In this document: piece by piece, positions 50,191-60,641 of the stretch | Position numbering within the stretch: position 1 is the stretch's first letter | How the letters are laid out: each line of letters opens with the position of its first letter | Assembly (NCBI RefSeq): GCF_036971445.1 | Contig: NC_091482.1 | Location: 20,336,001 to 20,400,000 of the forward strand | Reading direction: 5' to 3' | Length of the DNA: 64,000 bases | From: Narcine bancroftii | Lineage: Eukaryota | Notes under the pieces: generated by a model | What the model was told of the DNA's origin: nothing | The model's input: only the letters and a program-made list of their open reading frames with translations | Databases searched by the model: none | Program-made: the position numbers and the translations under genes

Positions 50191-50989
50191 CACATTGTCA
50201 GTTATGCGGAAGAAAAACAGCTTTAATAGCTAAAATTATAGGAATATTATGGTTCCCATCCTTTCATAACAAGGGTGGATGAAGAAAGTGACTCAAGCCA
50301 TTATTTCAGTTCTGCTTCAGAAAATACTCCCTTAGGGAAAAAAAATCAAAAAACTTTCTTCCTTTATTAACTTTTCATGGGTGGGTGGGATGGAGGATTA
50401 TAGCCATCGTGTATCATAGATTATTATTTTTACTTTATATTCAAGTTGTTTTTTTTCCCCTTTGTTTTTGTTGATTGCAATTTTGGCTTTAAATATATAA
50501 AAAATATATATATATTTTTAAAAAGCCAGTATTCCTCAAAGTTCCGATTCAGAAAATATTCCCTTAGGAAAAGTCAAAAGCAACATCATCATTTACTAGG
50601 AGAGAGAAGCCAGGAAAATATTGACCTGTTAGGGAAAGTTTTTAGAAATAAAATATTGACAATATTTGTGCACTTGAAGGTTGGAAAGCTAATGTGGACT
50701 TGTTAAAGACAAATTACTTCTATCAAACTTAACGGAATCTTATTTAAATAGCTAAAGTAGTCGACTAAGAAATATTTCTGGATAGCCGGTTTCACAAATT
50801 TTACTTTAATTAACAGCTGGTTAAGCAATTTAATCCATTATTGATTAAAATGTCAAGGCACTAATACAGGAGGAATAATGTTATGAAGTTGAATTAGAAA
50901 GAAGTGATACAATTATCAATGCCAGCCCCTCAATTCTTCAATAGGTAAATGACACAAAAATATAGCAGATAACAAAGATTTTGATAAGA

Positions 50990-51245
50990 GGGCACAACTT
51001 CAGGATTGGAGGACCCCCCTTTAAAGCACAGGAATTTCTTCAGCTAGAGACTGGTGAACTTCTAGATCGTTTGCTACCACGGATATTTAAGGCAGAGATT
51101 GAACCCTGATTATTCAGATACTGATCAAAGATTAAGGGGAGAAGGCAAGGGAGAGGGCCTGAGTGGGAGAATAGATCAGCTCACGATGGAATAGCGGAGC
51201 AGACTCAACAAAGCAAACGGCCTACTTCTGCTCCTATATCTTACA
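50990..51245 (+). mobile_element. CR1-like 3' tail
   Basis: GGAATTTCTTCAGC...GATCAGC..GATGGAATAGCGGAGCAGACTC...GGCCTACTTCTGCTCCTATATCTTA. Confidence 0.7.
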
Positions 51246-52139
51246 TCATAATACCGGTGAATGGAAGGTTGATGACATCCATGAAGACCCATAAAAATAG
51301 ATCCAAATATTTCCATTTATTTATTTATTTTTTTAAAATGGTAAAATTAGAAACAGTCGATGTCCAAAGGGACATGTAGATCAAATTATACACAAGACCA
51401 AAATACAAAGTTTTTAAAAAAATTCTCAAAGCCCATATTAGGCTACACCTCAACTGATCAATCTTTTGCACACTGAGTAAATGGCATATAGTGGCCTTTG
51501 ATGGAGTATTGTATATATTCATAATAATCTTACGACGACTTCAAGAATGAAATTAAAAGATTGTACAAATAGAACTGTGCTCCATGGAAGACATAGAGAG
51601 GATTGGATTCTCAGAATTTTGAAAGGAATCAGAAGGACTGAAAGAAAAACTGATGGTGATCATTTAGAAAGTACAGAAATTGGAGTTTAAAATCAGTCTG
51701 GTCATTCAAAAAAAAACCAAACAGACTGCCAGAAAAAGGGAGACCATCTCCCCACAAAATACTACAAACTCAATAATTTTAAATCCAAGATGAATAAAAT
51801 TTTGCTGGGCAATCTAAGAAACCCTATGATATGAAAGGCAGGGAATGAGCAAAGTTATGATCTCACTGAACAATAGAGTTAAGGGACTGAAAGCTTGCTC
51901 AAGTGGTTAACTGAATAGCTCAGAAAAATAAGGAAGAATTAGAGAGTGCATATAACTTGATACAAGAAGTTTTAACAGCACAGATTTAATTGGCTTCTAC
52001 CATGCTGTAAATAAAATTTAAATTTGTGTCCATATATTTATCCAAATTTCAACAAGATATTGAACCAAGCAAGGTTAAAATTGCTTTCAGGATGCTTGTT
52101 ACATTACCTTTGCATTTTTAAATAAATCTGGGGAAGTCA

Positions 52140-53200
52140 TGTCCCCATAGAGACAGGGACTCCCACAGTTACCTTCACTATAGCTCCTCGCACCCCAACT
52201 CCTGTACAGATTCTATGCTTTCTCTAAATTCCTCTACCTCAGACTACTCCCAGGATGACATCTTCCATTTCAGAACATCAGAGATGTCCTCTTCCGTAAA
52301 AGAAATATAGCTTCCCATCTACTGCCATCAACTCAGCCCTCATCTACTTATCTGCCTTGGCTCCCACCACCCCGAGATGCAATAGATCAGGATTCTCCTC
52401 GTCCTTGCCTATTACCCCTCCAGCATCTGTATCCACAATTTCAGCCACCTACAATGTTATCCCACTACCAGACACATCTTCTCCTCTTCATTTCCGCAGG
52501 TACTGCTCCCTCAGGGACCCCCTCATTCACTTATTTATCCCTTCCCATTAATCACCATATCTACTCCTGAGACTGAAAGAAATGCTGCACTTGCGCCAAC
52601 ATCACCTCCCTCACCACCATTTGGGGTCCTAAGCAGTCCTTTCAAGTGAAGAAAGCCTTCACATGAATCTGAAGGTGTAATTTACTGCATCCGGAGCTCT
52701 CGATATGGTTTGGACGCAAACCGGGAGATCATTGTGTTTTGCACCTTCACTATCCGCTGCAATGGCGAGGACCTCCCAGTGACCAACCATTTTGATTCCA
52801 CACACTATTTCTACACTGACCCATCTATCCATGGTTTCATGCACTGCCAAACCAAGACTACCTATAAAATGGAGGAACACCTATTCAGTCTGGGGACACT
52901 CCAGACGACATGAATAATGACCTGCAATTTCCATTAAACCCCTCCCCCCAACTCTCTTTCTCTATCCCTCTGTCAGCTTCCCCCCCACCCCGGCTTCCTT
53001 CCAGAGAGCTACTCTCTCCCCCATCACTTTTCAGCTTTTGACTCTTCTACCCTCCCTCTTGCATTAACCTTTCCAAATTTTCTTTTCTCCCTCCTTTTCA
53101 TTCAGGCCCCTGCCTGCTTTTGCTTATACCTTGACAAAGGACCAAGGGTCAAGCTTTACTTCCTCTGGATGCTGCTCAACTTGCTGAGCTTCTCCAGCAT
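52140..53200 (+). mobile_element. Penelope-like element 3' part
   Basis: SHSYLHYSSSHP, LVLAYYP, ESEGVIYCIR, LPVTNHFDS, EEHL.FSLGTLQ and a terminal GATGCTGC..CTTGCTGAG. Confidence 0.82.
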
Positions 53201-53559
53201 GTTTATAACTGGTTAAAAAAGAATAAAGCGGAAACAGAGGTAGAAAGACAAAATTTCTGTGCAGGAGGGGAGGAAAGAAAAAAGAATGGGAAGGGTGTAG
53301 GATAAGCGATTAATTGTGAGGGAAGCTGATGAAGGTTTCTGCGGTTGTAACAATAGCAAGTTGCCTCCAGGGTGAGAAGCAATAAGATCTTGGAGTAGTG
53401 ACAGGACATCCAAGATAGAGCAGATGAACAGCCAGTTGGTTGTGGTTCTCATCTGTACAAACAAGGAAAGGCACAAAGTCCTGCGATTTATGTTGGGGGG
53501 GGGGGGGGCGAAATTTAAAAAGGTCAACTTAAAAGATTATGTTAGAAATAAACCAAGTA

Positions 53560-54860
53560 CCATTTGGTAGCAAGAACAAAGTGGAAGAACTACTGGATAA
53601 ATGTGTGGCTGGGAGGTTATTTGGGAGAGGGATTCAGGGATTCCTGGGACATTTGGACCAGTACCATTGAAGATAGTTCCACCTGATCAGTGACAAGACC
53701 CATGTACTCAGGGAGATAGTGGCAGTTTGTTTCCTTGGGCTGTTTGTGAAGGTTTAAAACAAAATAGGAGGCAAAAAAAATTAGAGATGCATGCAATAAA
53801 GGTACAATTGTAATCCTAGGTGATCTCATAAAAGTTTAATCAAACCAAATTAACAACAAGAGTGTGAAGGACAAATTCCTGGAGTATTCAACATGATGGA
53901 ATTTTAGAGCAATGTGCTGAGGAACCAAGCAGAAAACAAACGCTTCGAGACTAGGCATTGAATCATAAGGAGGCAATCTTATTATGAATGTCCTTTTTGT
54001 GAAAAGTAGCTATAACATGATGGAACTCTTTAATAAAGAGCAAAGTAATAGAAACTTGGGTCCTGGATCTGAATAAGGTGCTTATTCGCTGATCGACCAG
54101 GGAATTTTACGAAATGGATGATGTCACAAAGGAAATTAGGGGTCACCAGCAGCGTGGAAGGACATTGGCTTAAAGGCAGAACATTAATGGAGGTGGTAAA
54201 AGTTGCACCTCAGATTGGGCAGAGATGTTCCCCAAGGACCATTATTGAGTCCATTGCTTTTTTTGATATACGAATGAACTAATTTTCATGGCACAATGTT
54301 TGGAAATGTAATAAAAGGTGAGGGGGATTAAAGCGGTAAGAAACAAATAGGCTGAATGAACAGACAGATTAAAAAAAATGAAGTTCAACATTAAGAAATG
54401 TGAAGTGATGCACTTTGGCAAAAAGTCAAAATAGAGGCAATATAGGTCAAAGGGTACAATTCTAAAAGGAGTATGGGTGACAGTTTGAGACAGTATTTAT
54501 TAAGCATTGTGGGTTCCTGGGATTCATAAACTGAAATGTGGAACCTGCATTAAACTCTGGTTAGGTTCACATTTTATGGAGGATAAAAAGGTCTTGTGGA
54601 AGGTACAGAAATATTTACTTGAATAGCTTCAGTGGTTGCATTTAAAGGGTTAAAATGAAGTTGCAATTGTTCAAAGAGGACTGACAGAGGTGCAATTATG
54701 ACTGGATTAGATCAAAGTAAATTCAAACTGTTTATAATAGCAGACTACCCAAAGATTTAAAAATTGTGGGTAACATTTTAAAGGGTTGTAAAAAGGACAT
54801 TGAAGTCATGGGACTTTTTAAGCAAAAAGCTGTCTGGTGGGATGATGGAAATAGAATCAG
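53560..54860 (+). mobile_element. Highly degraded CR1-like LINE
   Basis: IVILGDL, PQGPLLSPLLFLIY and MKFNIKKCEVMHFG remnants. Confidence 0.65.
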
Positions 54861-55299
54861 CGCTTTCATCTAGCATTATGTTCCTACTTCCATTAACCCA
54901 GCCTTATCAACTTGCAACTGCTCAATGAGTTGTCTTCAATGCCATTTTACTGAAATTACAAAAAATACTTGCAATTGAACCTTCTTTAGGCAGTCCCTTG
55001 GGAGTCAGGCCTCAACACCGACATCCGTTCGCTTACCCTTCCAGTGAATTTGGACGATTTTGGACAGACATTTTTGGTACTAACTTAGTGAATACAGTAG
55101 CAGTGGCCCTCTGGTAACATTTTCACTACTCAGTGGGCAAACACAAGGAGAGTCAATAGTCAGAAATCTTGATCAATTAAGTACCTGGAGAAAGTTGACA
55201 GAATGGTTACCAGTATCCTTTCCTGCCTCAGCCTTCCAAAGAAGTGTAGACACCGTTATGCCTTCATAGCAAACGAGATGTTATGTGTCCAGGATAGAA

Positions 55300-55820
55300 C
55301 ATTTCAGCATAGTAGAGGCCATTTGGCCCCTTGATGTTACGTTGACCTATATACTTCTACCAAAAACAAAACCTTTCCTATCTCATCGCCCTCTATTTTT
55401 CTTTCATGTATATACCTGTCTAAGAGTATTCCCCTAAGGTTTCAGCCTCCACCACCACCCCTGGAAAGGCATTCCATGCAACCACAAACCTGTGTAAAAA
55501 ATACTTAGACCCTTAAACTTTCCTCCTTGCATTTTGTGCAGATATCCTCTGGTGTTTGCTAATCCTGCCCTGGGAAACAGGCACTGGCTGTCCACCTCAT
55601 CTATGCCTCTTAGAATCTGGTAGACCTCCAAGTCACTTCTTAAGCAGAATGTGTAGTGGAGGGTGGTTCTCTTGAAGTCCACAATTATCTCCTTTATCTT
55701 GTCCATGTTGAAATTCAAATCTCACATCATTTCATGAGCTTTTCCACCTCTCTGTATTTCGACTCATCGTTGTTGCTGATGAGGCCAACTTCTGTCGTGT
55801 CACCTGCAAACTTGCAGTTT
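55300..55820 (-). mobile_element. CR1 3' end (55300-55640) joined to an L2-like RT fragment (55640-55820)
   Basis: DLEVYQILRGIDEVDSQCLFP; KFAGDTTEVGLISNNDESKYR and NMDKIKEIIVDF. Confidence 0.7.
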
Positions 55821-56389
55821 GAGCAGAGTCCCGAGGTGATCCAGTGCTCAGCAGAAGCATAACGATGTGCTCATCATTAAGGTTGCTTTTTCGAATAAAT
55901 AAATAAATAAATATGGATTTGGTTTTTAAACTATAATCATCACCTTAATAGTACTTCTTTAAACATGATACCACCAATGTGATTTCAGGATTGGAAATAG
56001 AGAAGCCAGGAAGTAGTTTTACCATCATTCCTAACAACGGTTCAACTATTTCAGGTTGTGTAAAGCATTTATGGCAGAGGTTGTTCTACATCCCTATATT
56101 TCATTCAGAAATGAAATCTTGTCCGCTTGTTAGTTTTCCAATGAGGGCAATTAAAATATAAATGAAGAAACGATCTAGATATTCATAGTCCATCCAAATC
56201 CCCTCCCACCCTATTGCATCCAATCTGCACACCAGCTTTTTTACTCCCTCCTATTTTGAACTCAATTCTATTTGAAGGTAACTCCTCCACCACTTCCTCC
56301 ATAAAAATTACTTGCAAGTTATTTTTAAGATTTTAAATTTCCTCATTAAATCAAAGGAATCCCACATCAATTCAAGACATAGGAAAACC

Positions 56390-56600
56390 ATGGGTTGCCG
56401 TAGCAGTTAGCGCAACACTTCAGTGCTAGGGATCGATTCTTGCACTGTAAGGAGTTTGTATGTTCTCCCTGTATCTGTGTGGGCTTTCCCTGGGGGCTCT
56501 GGTTTCCTCCCACCATTTGAAATGTATCGGCGGCGTAGGTTAATTGGGTGCAAATTAGACAGCACGGACTAGTGGAATTTTTTTTTAATTTAAATTTAAA
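56390..56600 (+). mobile_element. tRNA-derived V-SINE (HE1-like)
   Basis: TTGCCGTAGCAGTTAGCGCAACAC...GGAGTTTGTATGTTCTCCCTGTATCTGTGTGGGCTTTCCCTGGGGGCTCTGGTTTCCTCCCAC; same TTTAAA tail as the 16568 copy. Confidence 0.82.
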
Positions 56601-59459
56601 AACTCGAAGTCAAGAATGCAAGCATACAAAATTCCAATCTCATCTCAAAAACATCTCTTTAAAAAGAGTTGTAGAGGAACATCAGTGAAGGGTCAATGCA
56701 ATAATGCAGAAGCATCAAGTGAAGCCTGGTTGGCAAGGAAGATTGTGAGGTGAGTTGGTGTAGTGCAAAGAGTCTTTTCATTTCATTGGTACATTGAAGA
56801 AGAACACAAAGATAATATGGGTAAATTACTTGAGGCAACAGTTGGACTAATCACACAGAATTAATCACTTCAAAAGACATTCTGAATCAACAATTTACAT
56901 TCACAGTTTGGAGGAAGAGCTCCTGTGTCAGTATTATCATTTAAATAAACTACATTTATTTACTCCTGCCATTCTAAAATAAATTCCCAAAGTATTTAAC
57001 ACATTTCTAATCAACTTACTCCCAACCCCCAAAAGAAATCAAATGGCATCTTCAAACTCATGCAAATTAATAGTCTCTGCTACATTCTGAGAGATGAAGT
57101 CTGACACTTTCAACCGCACAATTTACAACTTCACACACAATCATGTACACCATTGGCAAAACAAGCACCATTAGTATCAATGTTTATCTTATAAATCTTA
57201 TAGTATCAATGTCATCTTATAAATCAAAAGTCAATGAATAAAGCCAGTGAAAAGTTCAACACCCTTGTACTCTTCAAATTAAAATGCATCATTTTGCTTG
57301 ATAACGATCACATATTTACACAGAATAGCAAGGCGGCAGATGATAGTAGTAAAACCTAGCAACTACATAGTAGGGCAAGATCCTGCTTTGATAAGTCTGT
57401 GCAATTAACTTGATATTAATAAGCTGGAGTTCAGTATGCCGACTACAACAAAATTTGCATTTTGCCTTCTCCCACACAACAGCTAAAGATCGCACGATCA
57501 TTATCAATTGACTGGAGTGCAACCTGTCATGTTTCTAATAGTATGGAAAAGATGGCACAAAATTACAAGTACTTCGAAATTAGAGAGCTTTGTGGTAAAC
57601 TAATTTTTAAAAAAATATTCTTAATTAAATTGTTTTGAAGGAGGTAAACAGGGCATGCATTTTGACCAACAGTAAAGAACATCAATTAAGAATTTCAGTG
57701 CATATGTACTGTATATTGTTCAACATATATGACAAAATTATTATCAGTATAGCATGCATATATATAATTACAGAACAATGTGTTTAAGCTGGCCAAAAAA
57801 AAAGAGCTATTGGGATCATTTCCAATTTGTTACGTTTTGAACTGACTGAACCAAACTTCTCCGGTGGAATTTCATCCTGACTTTCTCTTAGCAGCACTAA
57901 TAGTCTCCAAATAGTTTTAAAACCAAAACATACAAATACTGATTTGTCATTCTTTTGTAAAAATGCAGTTAATTTATGGGACTAAATGGTGATGAAAGAG
58001 ACTTTGAAGATGTGTGTGCAATTTCTCCCTTTTTTTTGCAAAAGACTCACCAAATTGCAATTACCCAAAGAATCATGTTGGCAAAATACTCCATTTAAAA
58101 AGGAGGAAAAGTGTCAGGCTGAAATCCTCTCCCTTTCCCCAGTGATACCCACCCATCAACTGGTCAATATGGGTTTATTATTGAAGTCCCTACTTCATTG
58201 CTGTAATTTTAACAGTTCATCAATTTATGCCATCTTACCCATGCCACAATGGTAGGTAGAAAGAATATGCCACATGGTCCAATCAAGCAAACTTTTATAT
58301 TGCCAATGTTTGAATGGGGCCTTCCTTTCTTGCTTCATCTTGGCTGAAAATTATAAGAATACATTTTTTTTAAATAAACCCAAAACTCATTGTAATCTTG
58401 TCCCACACATCGGTCAAACAAGGAGTTAGTTTTGACGCCAACGGACCCTCTTAATTATATCAATAAAGTTTAGAACAGCACATGGCGGCTACTCTGAATT
58501 TCACATGCGGAGTTCAACTGGTTTTGGAAAGTGCCCTAACTGTGAAGGTTCGTTCAATTCAAAGTTGATTTTATTTTTTAAATCATAGCCATCCTTGCTC
58601 TGTGCACTATATGCCTGACAAGTACATTTCCCTCAGCAAAATTACGATCTTCATTTAGGTTACACCAAAACATTTCTGCTACACGTGGTTGACTGTCAAC
58701 AGATAGGGTACAAAATGGTTCAATGGGAAAAAAAAAGCTATCAATGCACAACATGAGCCTTCCACATTAGTCCAGTCCTTCCAAAGCAGGTCCACGAAAT
58801 TTTCAACACATGGGTGCATCACAGTTGAACCAAGCAACGCCCCGTGATTCTCCTCCAATACAAAAGGTATGCTTCAACAACTATTGGTAATTTAGAAATC
58901 CGTGAACCATAGATGCCCCTAAAAGTTAAGACATAATACTGGAGAGAACAGACTTTGTATTCATTCAACAGCTAAAACTGTTTACACGATCAACAGCAGA
59001 TCGTTAACTATCACATCTTCGTAATGAGACTCAAAATATTCTGGGCTTAACACACATCCTTAGAAAAAAGATATTAACCTGTTCCACAAGAAAGTCTGCA
59101 GACGCGGTGATCGTAGTTTAATAGGACAAAAAAGGTGCTGGAGAGATTCAGCAGGTCCAAACCAAAAAAAGGTACAAGCAACCGAGCGGGCCTGAGCCAT
59201 TCAAAGAGGGGATCCTCACCTGCTCCAGTCCCAAACAGATGCTCACTCGGCACACTGACACCACCACAGCGTGAGCCGTTCAGCCCCTCTCCCCCTTCTA
59301 GGGAAGGACCACCCTCCCGTGCCCCCACCTGTCAAAGCCCGGACTCTGCCCTCAGCATCTGGTCAGTGAATGGAGCGAGGCAGGCAGGCCCTCTCGCCTC
59401 CGCCGCCGGCCACTCTCCCCATCCCTCCCTCCCCACCCCCTCCGCCGCTGCCCACTCAC

Positions 59460-59650
59460 CTCGAGCCGAACACCTTGGTGCAGCTCATCCGCTCGCTGAG
59501 GTCGCACGCGGCCACGTAGCCGGGGTCGGCGGCCCGGGCGCTCTCCACGTGGTAGGCGTAGACCGAGAGCAGCACCCCGAGCAGGCACACGCTGCTCCTC
59601 GCCACTTTCTCCCATTTCGGGGTCGCCACTTTCAGGATGGGCGCCGACAT
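59460..59650 (-). CDS. VKORC1L1: VKORC1-like 1 exon 1
   Basis: [18 protein letters not shown]...YAYHVE...[19 protein letters not shown]; aagATG start, AG|GTGAGT donor, phase 2; spliced CDS 528 nt = 175 aa. Confidence 0.96.
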
Positions 59651-59800
59651 CTTCCCCTCTGTCCGCCGCCGACGAGGCGTCGCGCCTTCCGATTGGTCCG
59701 CGGCCGCATTGTCGACGGAGAAGTTCGTCATCAGCGCCTCGCTGACGTCATCAAAGCGGCGCCCAGGTCCCCGAGAACGGCCCTGAGCCATTGGGTCCCG
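59651..59800 (-). promoter_or_regulatory. VKORC1L1 CpG-island promoter with CCAAT boxes and a CRE
   Basis: ATTGG at 59692-59696 and 59790-59794, TGACGTCA at 59743-59750, half-CRE CGTCA at 59726-59730. Confidence 0.7.
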
Positions 59801-60111
59801 TCCATTGTGGGCTTAATGCAGCTGCAAACCACACCGTGGCATAAATAACCGACATAATGTACTGCCATTGAATTTTAAATGGGCAATGACACCTATCCCT
59901 GCAGAAAATGGAGCTGCAGTGACAGAATATTCAACCTGAATCAGTTGCCATATACAAAAATGGTTCCAATGCAAAACTATCTCATCGTGAATTTTTAACT
60001 GAGGATGGTTGAAGCTTGGGGTGCTCTGTATATAGTTATTGCTGGTTACTGTATATATGGAGCTGGCCCACCCACTGATGACTCGTACTGTAGGACTCCT
60101 CCCCCATGGTC

Positions 60112-60641
60112 TTGAGCCATAAAGGCGGAGCCACCTCTCCCCTCCCTCCATTCCTATACCTGGATCCGGGCCAGCAAGGTTCTTCTGTCCATTAAAGCCC
60201 ATCGTTCCGTAAAGGTGGAACCACCTTTCCCCTCCCTCCGTTCCTATACCTGGATCCGGGCCAGCAAGGTTCTTCCGTACATTAAAGCCTTGCGTTCCGT
60301 AAAGGCGGAGCCACCTCTCCCCTCCCTCCATTCCTATACCTGGATCCGGGCCAGCAAGGTTCTTCTGTACATTAAAGCCTATCGTTCCGTAAAGGCGAGC
60401 CACCTCTCCCCTCCCTCCATTCCTATACCTGGATCCGGGCCAGCAAGGTTCTTCCATACATTAAAGCCTTGCGTTCCGTAAAGGCAGAGCCACCTCTCCC
60501 CTCCCTCCATTCCTATACCTGGATCTGAGCCAGCAAGGTTCTTCTGTACATTAAAGCCCATCGTTCCGTAAAGGCGGAGCCACCTCTCCCTTCCCTCCAT
60601 TCCTATACCTGGATCTGGGCCAGCAAGGTTCTTCTGTACAT
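60112..60641. repeat. 90-bp tandem repeat, ~5.8 near-identical copies
   Basis: Unit TAAAGGCGGAGCCACCTCTCCCCTCCCTCCATTCCTATACCTGGATCCGGGCCAGCAAGG... starts at ~60120, 60210, 60300, 60390, 60479 and 60569. Confidence 0.97.

Noticed and set aside
57172-57226. Short direct duplication TAGTATCAATGT..ATCTTATAAATC
   Set aside because: Two-copy local slippage with no other structure
38958-59650. Calling the gene VKORC1
   Set aside because: The N-terminal extension, CIIC motif, [13 protein letters not shown] tail and adjacency to GUSB all fit VKORC1L1
59651-59791. In-frame upstream ATGs giving an N-terminally extended VKORC1L1
   Set aside because: They overlap the CCAAT/CRE promoter motifs and are probably upstream of the TSS; homology starts at MSAPIL
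59135-59848. 237-aa + strand ORF antisense to VKORC1L1 exon 1, and similar long ORFs at 5904-6887
   Set aside because: Expected stop-codon scarcity in GC-rich CpG islands; low-complexity products with no recognisable domain
60112-60641. 90-bp repeats as a CRISPR array or repeat-protein gene (ORFs 59813..60457, 60379..60600)
   Set aside because: Units are contiguous with no unique spacers, the context is vertebrate, and the ORFs arise because the unit is a stop-free multiple of 3 with a frameshift in one unit
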